Shown: positions 1 to 11,931 of the stretch, one piece after another | Position numbering within the stretch: the first letter of the stretch is position 1 | Layout: each line of letters opens with the position of its first letter | NCBI GenBank assembly: GCA_000320545.1 | Contig: ADNK01000510.1 | Span: forward strand, 62,001-126,000 | Length of the DNA: 64,000 nucleotides | From: Bigelowiella natans CCMP2755 | Taxonomy: Eukaryota; Protista; Cercozoa | Direction: 5' to 3' | Position numbers and translations under genes: made by a program | Notes under the pieces: generated by a model | Databases searched by the model: none | Seen by the model: the letters and a program-made list of their open reading frames with translations, nothing else | Told to the model about the DNA's origin: nothing

Positions 1-126
1 AGATGATGGATATTATTTTATACTGCTCTTCCATGTTCATACCCATAGACGTACGACTGCATATCATGAATTATAATTTAACTTACGCCACACAGTTCAA
101 AATTATAGACCAACAAATTCCCCGGT

Positions 127-1304
127 TTAAGTGTCATCTTCTTCTATCTCAACAGTTTCTATCATTTTTTTAATCCGAGCAAGCATGATAGGATTTGAGC
201 TTGCACAATCTTGAACACCGTATGGACTCTGTATTATTACAGAACCTAATCCGGTGAAGTAGTATATCAACGGTTGCGATAATTAGCAAAGTGTTTGTAT
301 TTACCATCAAGAACGTCTATTATGACATCTCCTGAACCCGCATCTCCCGCACGTTCAACGACTGGAATACGTTTCTATAGTAAATGATGAATAGATTAAT
401 CCATAACAATATTCATGTAGAACTAGCAAGTAAGGAAGGATTGATGCAGTCCAAGGATTCTGATAAAAGTTTTTCTTGCCAAAGTTCGTCTATTTGTGCA
501 TGCAATCAGATGAAATTCGAATTCATGGATTACAGGCTACGGACGAAGCTACATATATTTTGATGGGATGTACAAACCTTCTTGAAGCATTCCATTAGAA
601 TCATTCGTTTTTTATCGAGGGACTTTCGATCTAACTTTAGCCTCGCTTTTTCGCTGCGAAACATATACAGATTCAGGCTACTTCATTTTTTAACATAGAC
701 GCAGTACCTTGGACTAATTTTTTCCATATATTGACAGATCCTGTCAAAATTGCTCTTGTGTACTTTTCGAAGGCCTGAACGAGATGCATTGAATGATCCA
801 GACAAGAAACTGTTGCAAAATAGCTATCCACCTACCTCTGATCCAGTCACTACCATGTAACGTGATACATGTAGCTTGAAATTTCATTTTTTCTGCAGAA
901 GCCATAGCCAAGTTTGCAGGATCTGAAGCGCGTCCAAGTAGGATCAACAGCCTGAAAGTTGCATGTTCTCTGTGAATTATTGCAGTGCAAAAGGGTGAGA
1001 TTCAATCAATTCGTACCCAGAGGCCGGATCGATGGCATATACGATGCCCTTGAGAATCTTCGAGCCTTTAACTTTCACCTCTGCAACCCACCCCTAATTT
1101 GTTCAAGATTATTAAAATTTGTGATGTCGTATGTATTGCAACTCTAAATGAGACCTCCATGGCCAGTAGTTCTGACGTCTTAGCGTTCCCTGTGCAAACA
1201 GGTTGACGGAGCTGGGTAACTTTCTCCTCACACACAGTGGATTTCCTGCCTCCCCGTTGTAGATATCCCCCTCGATTCTCTCCTATTCGATCATGGGATT
1301 CCAT
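127..1304 (-). CDS. GEMIN6: Gem-associated protein 6 (SMN complex, Sm-like fold), multi-exon
   Basis: Exons read manually: EVKVKGSKILKGIVYAIDPASG (~1012-1080), LDKKRMILMECFKK (~580-640), KRIPVVE..VIIDVLDG (~303-375) and IIQSPYGVQDCASSNPIMLARIKKMIE..DT* (stop 127-129). These match the Gemin6 N-terminal Sm-like and C-terminal PPYxxxxCxSSNxIIL motifs. The start codon is uncertain. Confidence 0.8.
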
Positions 1305-2042
1305 GACGTCGACGAGGGTTACTCGTTGTGAGCTAAGCAGGGAGGAGAACGGGCGACCGGGAGGGAAGACGGCGCGGAATTTAGCGGTTCTCCTCGGCAA
1401 CTCAATCAGTGAAATAGATCTGCAACATGTGCGACAATGAAGATAACCACCGATTTTTTAAATTATCAACTAGCCGATCGGTGACTTTGCCAGAGTCTTA
1501 GCCTGATTCTGTTGTCGTAGGATGGAATTTATTGGGCTTCACGCTATCCTCTGTCTGTGGAGAAATTGAAAATGCAGCATTGGCGATTTATGCTTAGATT
1601 TTCATATGACGTCTACATAAAAATGTTAACGTAGGTAGTTATTTGCGACTGTTCGAAAGCTGGAGAGAGTGAATCTCCGTACTTTCGAGATCGAGACGGA
1701 TCATCTTCCGAACATGAGCCAGAATGACCATTTCAAATGAATTTCTAGGCTTTTCCGACTTTAATTTTATGTCTTAATCTAATAAAGCAAGGAAATCTCA
1801 GCAAACCTAAATGTTCGGATCTCATATGTATATCTGAATTCGTTGCTGGCCACACAAAACACATACTTCACTTGCTTGAAATCACGTAGGGAATTCCTCT
1901 CGGTGTGCGATTGACCCTTTTTTCGAATAAAAAACCATTGTAGAATTGTCGCTAAATAAAAATATATTGAATAGGATATTGTTGGCAAATTTATCGCTCG
2001 CAAGCTGGACACCTTATACCTTAAAAAGTAAAGGCTATTCCG

Positions 2043-3959
2043 ATGGAGCCCCCCCACCTTCCCCTACTTCTAAAAGCAACTAGAAGGAGATCGAGATGCC
2101 TCATGCTTCCCCTTATCCTCGTAGCTTCTATAGCTGCAATGTGGGGATTGGGTCCAAACAGGATTTCGAGTCCAACAAATGGAGCAGGTTCAGGGGGGAT
2201 GAGAATGGGTAGGCGAAGCTCGAAGCCACTTCCGTCGGGAAACTCTCGTCGGACCCCAAAGCCTTCTAGCAGCAGCAGTGAGATTAGCAGAAGCCTTAGT
2301 AAGTCTCCTCAACGAAGACAGGGAAGAAGGTCCTTAAAAGAGGACTGGCTTAAAGAGGGAGTCGTGAAGAAGGGGATAAGGACGAAGGAGAGTAGAGTTC
2401 ATCTAGTCCGAAACACAGGTTCGTGGATATGTGCCCCTTTATGACATCTTAAATAGAAATGATTGCCTACTACTGTCTACTTATATATGAAAGGCCAATT
2501 GCATTTGCAAACATACATGCATACCTAGTTACTATGGTGCGTGCTGTGTGCTAATTAGTGACGAAATGAGATCTTCCGTGTAGTCATCGATCTTACTATC
2601 GCATACCAATTTGACTCCATCTCATACTTGAATCCCATAGGTGCTATTCCAATGATCTCGCTCGCCATGCCTGACTACGCAGGCGCAAAGGGGGGGGCGA
2701 GTAGCAACAACGGCCCTGTTAATCATCGTGATCTTCAAGATCTCTGGGGAATTGAAAATATTCGGAACCAAATGTCACTAGTGAGGAACAAGACTGCTGA
2801 AAATCAAGAGTTTGGACCACCATCAGCCGCCATCACAGCTGCGTCTACAGCCGAAGTTAGGAAGGGTACGATAGCAAACGCAGGTGAGAAGGAGTTGGGT
2901 ATGTGGTTTACTAAGATTCCCAAAAGCTACGTGATTCCGGAGGCGGATTTAGTCAATATTTTTGGGTTACCACGGGATTTTCGAAGCCACTACGATCTCG
3001 ACAACCATGCTGTTCTAGGGGAAGGCGCGTATGGTACTGTCTTCAGGGCGACTAGACGTAGCAACAGCGGTAGTGGCAGCAATACCGTCGCTGTTAAAGT
3101 GCTTTACAAGCGTATCCACAAAAAGAAAAAGAGACGTGCTGATGCGCGTTACCTTTGTCGGTTGAAGAATGAGCTAGAGATGATGCGACAGATGGGAAAG
3201 GGATCACACGCCGTCGGCTTCCAGGAGGCTTTTGAAGATGAGGACAATATCTATCTCGTGATGGAACTGTGCAGAGGCCCAACACTCAAGCATTTTATTC
3301 GCTCAAAAGGAGGCGTAAGTGAGCAAGATGCCTGCGTTATGATTGAGCAGGTGCTATCTATGTTGGCGTCTTGGCACGAGGAGGGGTATATGCACTGCGA
3401 TATGAAGCCTGCGAACCTCCTCCTTACCGACCATGATCTTCGTCGAAAGATTCATGTTAAAGCGACGGACTTCGGCCTCGCACATCGCTTTGCACCGGGC
3501 ACGAAGCAACATAAAAAACAGGGTACCAAAGTCTATATGGCGCCAGAGATGCTGAAGAAGAAGTATGATGAGAAGGCTGACCTCTGGAGTTTAGGAGTGA
3601 TAACCTACCAACTGCTCACGGGCCACCTCCCGTTCTGCAAGCACGATTCGGAGATTCGACGTCTGCGCCCAGAGGATCTCGAGGATCGTATACTGAACTA
3701 TGGAATCGACGTCCTTAGTAGTCCAACCTGGGACAACGTCAGCACAGAGGCTAAGGACTTCATCCTAAAGATCTTGGAGCGTGATCCCGCAGCGAGACTT
3801 TCCGCCCAGGAGGCGCTTGATCATCCCTGGATTAAGAGTTTTGGTGGCCAACGAAAGGCCGCTTTTGCTAGAGAGCCTAAGCGTGGAAAATTCTCCCCTG
3901 GGGGCGGGGAAGACGAGGAACATGAGCTTTGCTGTGAGGAGGAGCGCATTGCTGCATGA
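2043..3959 (+). CDS. CAMK/CDPK-like Ser/Thr kinase without EF-hands, with signal peptide plus basic Ser/Arg-rich leader; 2 exons (2043-2418, 2641-3959)
   Basis: Kinase motifs GEGAYG, VAVK, HCDMKPANLL, DFG, APE, DLWSLG. A phase-1 GT..AG intron at 2419-2640 joins the two ORFs in frame (G|GT). Confidence 0.9.
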
Positions 3960-4189
3960 TGGACACAAGATTCTTATCCTGTTATAATTTTATACTTAAA
4001 TGTATGTCAAATGATATAAGTTAGCTAGTTAGGCTTCCAAAGAAATATCTTACAGATGACGGCGAGTAGAGTTCATAACTTTAAATGATACACAAATATT
4101 GATTGGAAAAATCTACCGTATGGGGAGAGTCTCGATAATGAAACCCTGTAGCTAGAATGAAATTTAAATAATATTAAGTCACAAATTAT

Positions 4190-5270
4190 TCACATGCAGA
4201 ATAATGCAGGACCCCGCAAAACATCATAATCTTGTCCGCCTACAGTATAACTACTCTGCTACATACATACATGCGTATGTGTAAGCAGCAATGTCCGTCC
4301 GTACATGACTGAATGGGCTACACATATAACATGCTGGCAGCATGTGTATGTGGCTGCATCGTAGCGTATCATTGCATTGCTAGATTGCCTAGTTTGGCTC
4401 TGCGCTACGATGGACCGATTATACCGAGCTATGCCTGCGATATAGCGACAATCTAGACAATATGTTGACTAGCACGATGCATTGCAGACAGGCCAGCGCT
4501 ATGCTATATGACATGAAGCTAGCAGAGCTAGAGAGCATTTGTTGAACATGCGCATCTCTTAGCAGCTATAGCTAGATAAGCATCATCGCATATGGCACAT
4601 TGTGTCAACATGCATGCTACTCTAGTGCCATGCTACGCACATGCTGGCATGTCTAGATGTGCGTACGATACGTACACGTCGCGCACATGCAGCATGCTAG
4701 CATGGCTAATGGCGGACACGGCACGATCACTAGATCAGAATGCGCCCGATCTAGCATAGCGATGCGACGTGTCGTAGGTCCATGAAGCAGGTGTACGTGC
4801 TTGCGCGGGCCCATCACATCCTGACCAACCACAATGAGCGTAGCTGTGCCAGCTACATGATTCAATTAGAAATTTGTACACTCATCACTTGCAGTCAAAC
4901 TTTCAATTTTGACCTGTCTAGCTGTGCTGGCTACAGCCATGCAATGCTCTACCTGCGCTGCATGTGTGAAGCAGGCAAATAATTGAAATGCACGAAGCGT
5001 CGTGCTATGCGTCAAATGAGTGACACGACAGTATGATATATGGCTCATGAAGTGAGATAGTGCGTCTGCAATTTCATGATAATGAGACTCGAAGGTACAT
5101 CATCGCTAAATCAAAATGCACGGCATGTGCTGCTACAGCGGCATGCGCGAAGCTAATGTCGCATGGCCAGGCCATGCACGAATACAGCAGTGCTGCCGGC
5201 CCGTATTCACACTGTATGTCTGGCAAGAAACACAACGACATCAAAAGTACAGAAACAAAGAATGTTTCCT
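4190..5270. other. Compositionally altered (hypermutated-looking) convergent intergenic tract 1
   Basis: Dense CATG, TGCA, GCTAGC and CGCG; no credible ORF; lies between the stops at 3959(+) and 5326(-). Confidence 0.7.
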
Positions 5271-5325
5271 GATAAATGCAACCTATATTGCATACAATTC
5301 ATTGTTTTTTTCCCCTCTCTATCAA

Positions 5326-6462
5326 TCAGTAGCTGTCAAGCAGCTTCTTTACATCCTCAAATGGTTTCTTTTTCATATCACAGAAAGGCTTCTTTTCGAA
5401 GTCGTATAATGCCGAACAAACAGCGTGAGGTGGGCAAGGCGTTACTGTTTCGCTCTCTCCGTATATCTGTTCGTATTATCGAAGGTATGTTACTCAAGGA
5501 TGTGCTGAGTGATTGACGTTGTGTACATGTGCTATCCGTAAAATCTAGCTAAATCGGGTTCGTTACCTCGACTTTCGTGCAACCCTCCGTAAACCATCTT
5601 TTAACATGACCGCCGTTAACTTGAAGAGCATTCAAGACCTGAGAACCAGTAATGAGACTTGTCAGATTGAATTTTCTATTACTCTTGGAAATTTGTCGTG
5701 AATCTTAAATGCACAGTATCATTTCGAATTATCATTCTCATTTCATACCTCATGGCATGCCTTGTAGCATTTGGGATAGTTTACGTTTAGCTGCAAAACA
5801 TTTATAAAATGTATCGTGAGACCCATATCTAGAGTGTGGAGAATATGTGCATACGAGGTTGACGGAGCTCACCTCGGCACAAATAGCAGGTAAAAGAGAG
5901 TTGATTCCTTTCCGCATCCTGGCCAATACAAATACGCAGGTCTTGCAGTTTTTCAAGTCCTTGCAGTCTTTATCTCCCGCTTGTGTTGAAGCATTGGCAG
6001 CCTTTCAATGAAAATAAGATCAGTTAGGGTGCCATAATTTCAGTTAGAAAGCTATTATTCATGGAAAGAGTCAGGTTGGATATTACAGCGTGCATGCGAC
6101 TTCTGATCTCTACGAACGCTGGATCTTGAACGAGCTGACTATTGTTTCTGTATACTGCTTTCAAGTACTCCATAGGAGGGGGCTTTATTAATTCATCTTC
6201 TCCAGGTAAGATCCAATGTGTATCTGATTGTCCGGTTTTCTGGACGTTTTCAATGGCCTTCACCATGCTAATTGCGAAATGGACACAATTCTCAGTGAAT
6301 GATGTCCTAATTTTATTGAGAGAACAAAAGTACCCACCTCTCTGCTGATTGCATGACTCCATTAGCAAGTGTAGATTCCTTTGAGCTTCCATCAATGATT
6401 GCATCTACCCGGAAGAAGGTGCCGAGTGCCACAATCAGCATCATCCACATCATGAGTATCAT
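5326..6462 (-). CDS. Secreted cysteine-rich protein (possibly saposin-like), multi-exon
   Basis: Signal peptide MILMMWMMLIVALGTFFRVDA; exons CKTCVFVLARMRKGINSLLPAICAEV, VLNALQVNGGHVKRWFTEGCTKVE and PCPPHAVCSALYDFEKKPFC..LLDSY*. Confidence 0.6.
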
Positions 6463-6965
6463 GGTGTCAAGACTAAGACTGCTTTGAGCCAACGCAGTTT
6501 CTTTCTTGTTAAGAGGATGTAGATGAGCTCTGATTCAGCTTCCGTTCGACAACACTACGACTGTCACCCTTTCTGATCGTAGGTGGGGGGTCGGTCTCGC
6601 GATTTGCGCTGCGGGAAATTTAAATTCAAACCAAGGTGGAGATGATTCAGCCGACAAATAAAAAAAGAAAACGTCAAAGAATAAACAGGGTCTATTACCT
6701 AATTGCGACAACTAATAATTTTTGTTTGAGAGTTAATCAGGGCGACGCTTTTTTTTGGTTGAGCTGTGATGTCGAGGCGAAAATTATTATTTTACATTTT
6801 ACGACAAACCTGTGTCCATGTCGCAATACATATTTTCTGGGTTGTCCTTGGTGTATATGAGTATATTTGAACATTTAGATTCTTTGGGTTGTATCGATGT
6901 CTCAGCTTCGAAATCGCCTTTAGGGCCCCCCCTTATTGGAAGCACTCGAAGCAGATAAAAGGAAT

Positions 6966-7255
6966 ATGACGGAGGGAGGAGGACAAGGAGCGAACATTGT
7001 CAATGCGGAGCAACCGCAGCAGCCAGAAGTCAAAGCAAACAGAGGCGTCCTAGATCATCGCGCACAAGTTGGATGCATCTCTCGATTTCAGTCACCAATC
7101 CAGGTGCTGCGGTTTGTTGTAACTTAATGTGTGACGATTCGCCTCGCGAAGAACATTGATTCCATGCAGCGACTGAGGTTACCGCATTTTCTTTTTTGTT
7201 TACATCTATATACTTAGGCCTTTTTGCGTCCAGGTATATCATGACCACAGAGTCT

Positions 7256-7300
<45 letters not shown>

Positions 7301-8549
7301 CATTTTGTTTGGGTAGTGAACTCGTCCATTACATGTATTTTTAAACGCTAGGCTCATGGATTCCGTGGTGCCGAAATATAAGATACCATGCAGAGAGATG
7401 GTCCTAATTCCACGTCCCAACCAAATAAACACATTCAATTTTGATCGTGCTGTCCTATTTATAGGGTACTGTCAGTGAACAGAATAACCGTCCATAAGGT
7501 AGTAAAGCGACGATAATTCTCGTGCTGATTGATTGATATCCATGTGAGGATTCGATCATTTTACCCTGGTTTGTAGAAATTCATGGAGGCAATACAATTC
7601 TTCGTCAAAAGTGACAGTGGAATTCTGGGGCAGGAAAAAATTATGTAAAACTAGCGGATCAACCAACTAACATATTTTGAGTGTCATTGATCTTCACATT
7701 TGCATTTCACCAGGATATACAATGAAGATGAAAAACAAGGAACAGCTACAATTTATTGCTTCACCAAAGTAATTTTCGTTAGTAGATGTTGGCACAAACT
7801 AATATCCACTATGTATGGGGCAGGGGGCAGAGTGGCTCGACGTTCTCGAAGTGCGGTTTTCGGAGTACGTCTTGAGTCATGCGTTTTACCTTCATTACCT
7901 TTTCAAATTGATTGCAGAAAGATAGAATTAATCAATGGTCGCATTTTTGCAGGCCTTCTGGGTTGTTAGATGAAGAAAAATGCGTTGCGACGATCAGGTT
8001 AATAATTGCAAGCGATTTTTTGGGAATCACTGACGTTTGCGTTCGTTTTGTATCACGCATTATCCCCCTTCTCAGATCGTTCTCCTCCGGGTGGTGAAAC
8101 TACTCTCAAATCGTAGTCAGATACATTCTAGCTGAGACACTCACCAACCAAACAGGTTCATACCGACATCGGTACCCTTAGCACCTTTGCTCTCAGTAGC
8201 GCTCTTCTGGATACCCTTCGCAGGAAGTAGTTTTTATACCAAACCACCAAATGATACCGATCTACTCATATTCCACACATTATTATTATTATTATTATAT
8301 TAATATTGTCGGCAGTGAGGTGTATCTAATACAGATGATCCCAAGACAAGAAAATTCAACAACACAGTGAGAGTGAACCAGGTGGAATAACGACATGAGA
8401 GATTCGTTCAAAGCTACTGGAATTCTTTGAAGTTCTCAGCGATGAGGTGGTGTGTGCTGTATTTCCTACAGATTCGCAGGCACATGCAGGACGCTGGTGG
8501 TTTGGAAATAAAAGTTGAAGCAGAAACCCAAGGATGTTCATGCCTTTGA
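6966..8549 (+). CDS. Hypothetical multi-exon protein
   Basis: Short GT-AG-bounded coding-like segments (MTEGGGQG.., KFMEAIQFFVK, VHTDIGTLSTF, IRRHMQDAGG..GCSCL*). Exact splicing is unresolved. Confidence 0.35.
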
Positions 8550-8789
8550 GATTATCAGTCTTACCTTTCAGATTGTAAAAATGCCTACTTTCAAGTGCAT
8601 CAATACTCATTTAGGACTATAATATGCTTCAAAGCTACATTACACCGCATATCTCTGGTTTTACCATCTATGAATGCTTGTGAAGAGTCGAGCAGCAACA
8701 GGGTTTTATAACAATGATTCACATGAATAATAGGCCAGAAATCCCTTAAGCCGGGTAGCACAGAAATCGCAAAATCATCGCCATATTCA

Positions 8790-9800
8790 GAAGCAAGTTG
8801 TATGTCAGCGTCTAAAACCGAAATTCAGATACAACGATATAGCAATAAATAGACACAATGATATAGCAATAAATAGACTTAATTGTGTAGCATTGTGATT
8901 TTTGCATCGTCTATCAACAGCAACAGTACTCGGCCGCATTGATGCTGTGCTGATAAATCCGGTGTGGCATATCCAGCATACACAGCAGACTAGATGCACT
9001 TATTCACTACATAGCATCAAGACAGATCTAGCATAGCAGCATAAAGCAGCAGGCATGCTAGCATGCAGCATCAGTGCGTCGCCCGACGTATGTTGTCGTT
9101 GAACTCGATCAGCTGCCAGCGCCCGGGCGCGTAGGTGGTCGCTATGTACGTATGCTGGGAAGGATCGGCAACCGCCTATCGACCATGCTATGAGCTGTAT
9201 GAGCGATACACCTAGATACAAATTGGGTACATCGGACAGACCATGCAAGCCGAAATCTGTAATACGCTATCGCTAGACGCTAGCATGCATGCATTTCTGC
9301 TCTCTAAGACGAACAACAAGACGGCAATATAATAGACACAGCAATACACTATGTATATTATATACTATCATCAATAATTATAGAACTGGAGGACATGACA
9401 TTATATTATAATTGGCATTGTCTAATCTAGTCGTTGCGCGCATCGTAGGTGCGCACACATCTAGATGTGTCTATTAGATGTGTGTAGCGCCCGCGCGCGC
9501 GAGCTGTCTTCACGCACATCTCGACCATTGATAACAAATAACAACATCATTACGAGCGATGCGTGCTTGCGCTGTCATCAATGAGACCATGCATGATCGG
9601 ATTGACTAATAGTGCGCTGCTGCTTTCCTGCGACTGATACTGAATGTCGTCATACGAGCCGGAACGCATGCCTCAAGATGTGCTGCAACGACAGATGTCT
9701 TGATAAAATATTTAACTATGATTTCTTACAACCGTAACCATCGTAGTCATGCACAACTAGATTGTGCACAAGCTATATAATGATGCGTTTCTTGATACTA
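8790..9800. other. Altered convergent intergenic tract 2
   Basis: Rich in GCTAGCATGC, CTAG and GCGCGC (e.g. 9430-9510); lies between a + gene end (~8550) and a - gene end (10533). Confidence 0.7.
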
Positions 9801-10457
9801 ATTCAATGTAATGACGAAATCAATGATCGAGATGGTAGTAACTCAAATTGGCGACGAGCTAAAGCAACGTGGTGTAAGCAACAACGGTGAACGTTTGATT
9901 ATCATCGCATGGAATACCCTTGGCGGGTTCGAAAGAATAATGCGAATATTTGGGAATAGGTGCTCCGTTACGATTTGCCCGTAGCAGTCATTGTAGCATA
10001 TATATCAGATAATTTGGAAATTCGAAAACTCAATAATTCTTTATTTGCATCTTACTCAAATGTGTATTACAATGTTGAAATACTTATCGTATTATTACGT
10101 ATGCTTACGTTTTAAAAAAAAAAAAAAAACCAAATATACTACAACTACTACTACTACTACTATTACTTTTACATTACTATATTGAGATACGTTCCTTCTT
10201 TTTAAGGCAGAAGAACTGGGTGGTTCCGTATGGATAACAATAATCGTTTTCAATATCAAATATTATATAAATATATAAATATATTTATGTATGTATGTAT
10301 GGATATATTTTTGTTGTCATTAGCTGCGAGATTCTTGATTTACATTAATTAATTAATACTACTTCTAGGCAGTAGTAGCAATAGTCGAAGTTGTGGTAGT
10401 ATCAGTCTGCAACTTTCAATTATGAAATAAGAAAAAAAGAGGGAGGAGGGGGAAAAG

Positions 10458-10498
<41 letters not shown>

Positions 10499-10532
10499 GG
10501 AGTGCACTATTTCCAAAGCACCCAGTCCTTCA

Positions 10533-11122
10533 CTACTCATCTTCATTACTATCCTCATCATTCGAGGAAGGGGCGTGAGAAGTAAATGCATCGATCCATT
10601 TCTGCGGCATTTTCCTCCCTGGAAGGTGTATAACATAGGAAGGAGGCGAAAAGAAAGACCAACAAAGTGATTGAGGGAACAGCCCGAACGTGCAAATCAT
10701 CTCAGCATGCGACAACACAACAGCCAAATTTTGATTGATACGCGCAAGACAGATCGGCTGAGAGAGAGAGAGAGGGGGGGGGGGGGGGGGGGGAGAACAA
10801 TACATATATTATCCTACTTCTACTACTGCTAGTGTTACTACTAATTACCTTTTTGGAATTGGAAGTCTGAAAGTCCAATGATGCCGCAATATGCAGAGTG
10901 GTAGCGCTTGTAGAAAGTGCTGCGTGCACCCGCCCAGCATGTCTTGTTTTCGGAGTGAAGGAGAAACCTGGTGGTGGTGGTGGTTGCAGGTGAGGTAGGT
11001 AATGCAGTAACGATGAAGACCATCATCATGATGATGATTATATATATAATGATGATTATGAATGACACTTCATAATTGACCTTGGAAAACTCCATTTATA
11101 TAGCCAAATAGGTGCATTTATT

Positions 11123-11162
<40 letters not shown>

Positions 11163-11900
11163 ATACACACACACACGCACACAAGAGAAAGACACTCAAT
11201 AGCGACGTGCGATCATGAAGAAATTCAAACATTGAAATGATCCATTTCCCACAATCAATCAATCAATCAATCAATGAATATACTACTAACTGACTAACTT
11301 CCTAAGTAAGTAACCTGTGGCCCCTCTCCATGATGGGGTGAGAATCATGGAAACCAAAGATATGCAACGCCTGCACAAACTCGCCTACGAGCTCAGGATC
11401 TTTCATCCGAATCACTGCGAAACACATCATTTGCATTTGTTACTAATTTTCTCTATCATCGTCACCGCAATCTTGTGACATATCATCTACATCGTCATCA
11501 TCATCATCATGATCATCATCATCATGATCATCATCATCATGATCATGATCATCATGATCATGATCATCACCCGTATCCATATTCAGAAGCAGGAACACAA
11601 TCTCCTCATTTAGCATCTCTCTCTGCGCCTTGCAGTTGATCCTGCCCCACCCCCCCAATATGTAAGCGAGGTGCGTGATGAAGTAGCATTGGAGGCGGTA
11701 GAGGTCCCTCCCTAGAAGGGATATGCCCTTGTATGGCCGAAGATGCTTGATCAGGGGGAGGACATCGACTAACACAGCCATTCCGTCGCAAGCTTCCAAA
11801 GGAACTCCTTAGAAGAAGAACAAGATCATCAAAGGTGTAGGATGAGGAAGGAGAGGATGATGTGATGGTGGTGTACGGCAACTGTCGCCATTGTTTCATT

Positions 11901-11931
<31 letters not shown>

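Noticed and set aside
8382-8402. Possible ~20-nt, nucleomorph-sized intron in the unknown + gene
   Set aside because: Alternative splice solutions exist, and it cannot be supported without transcripts.
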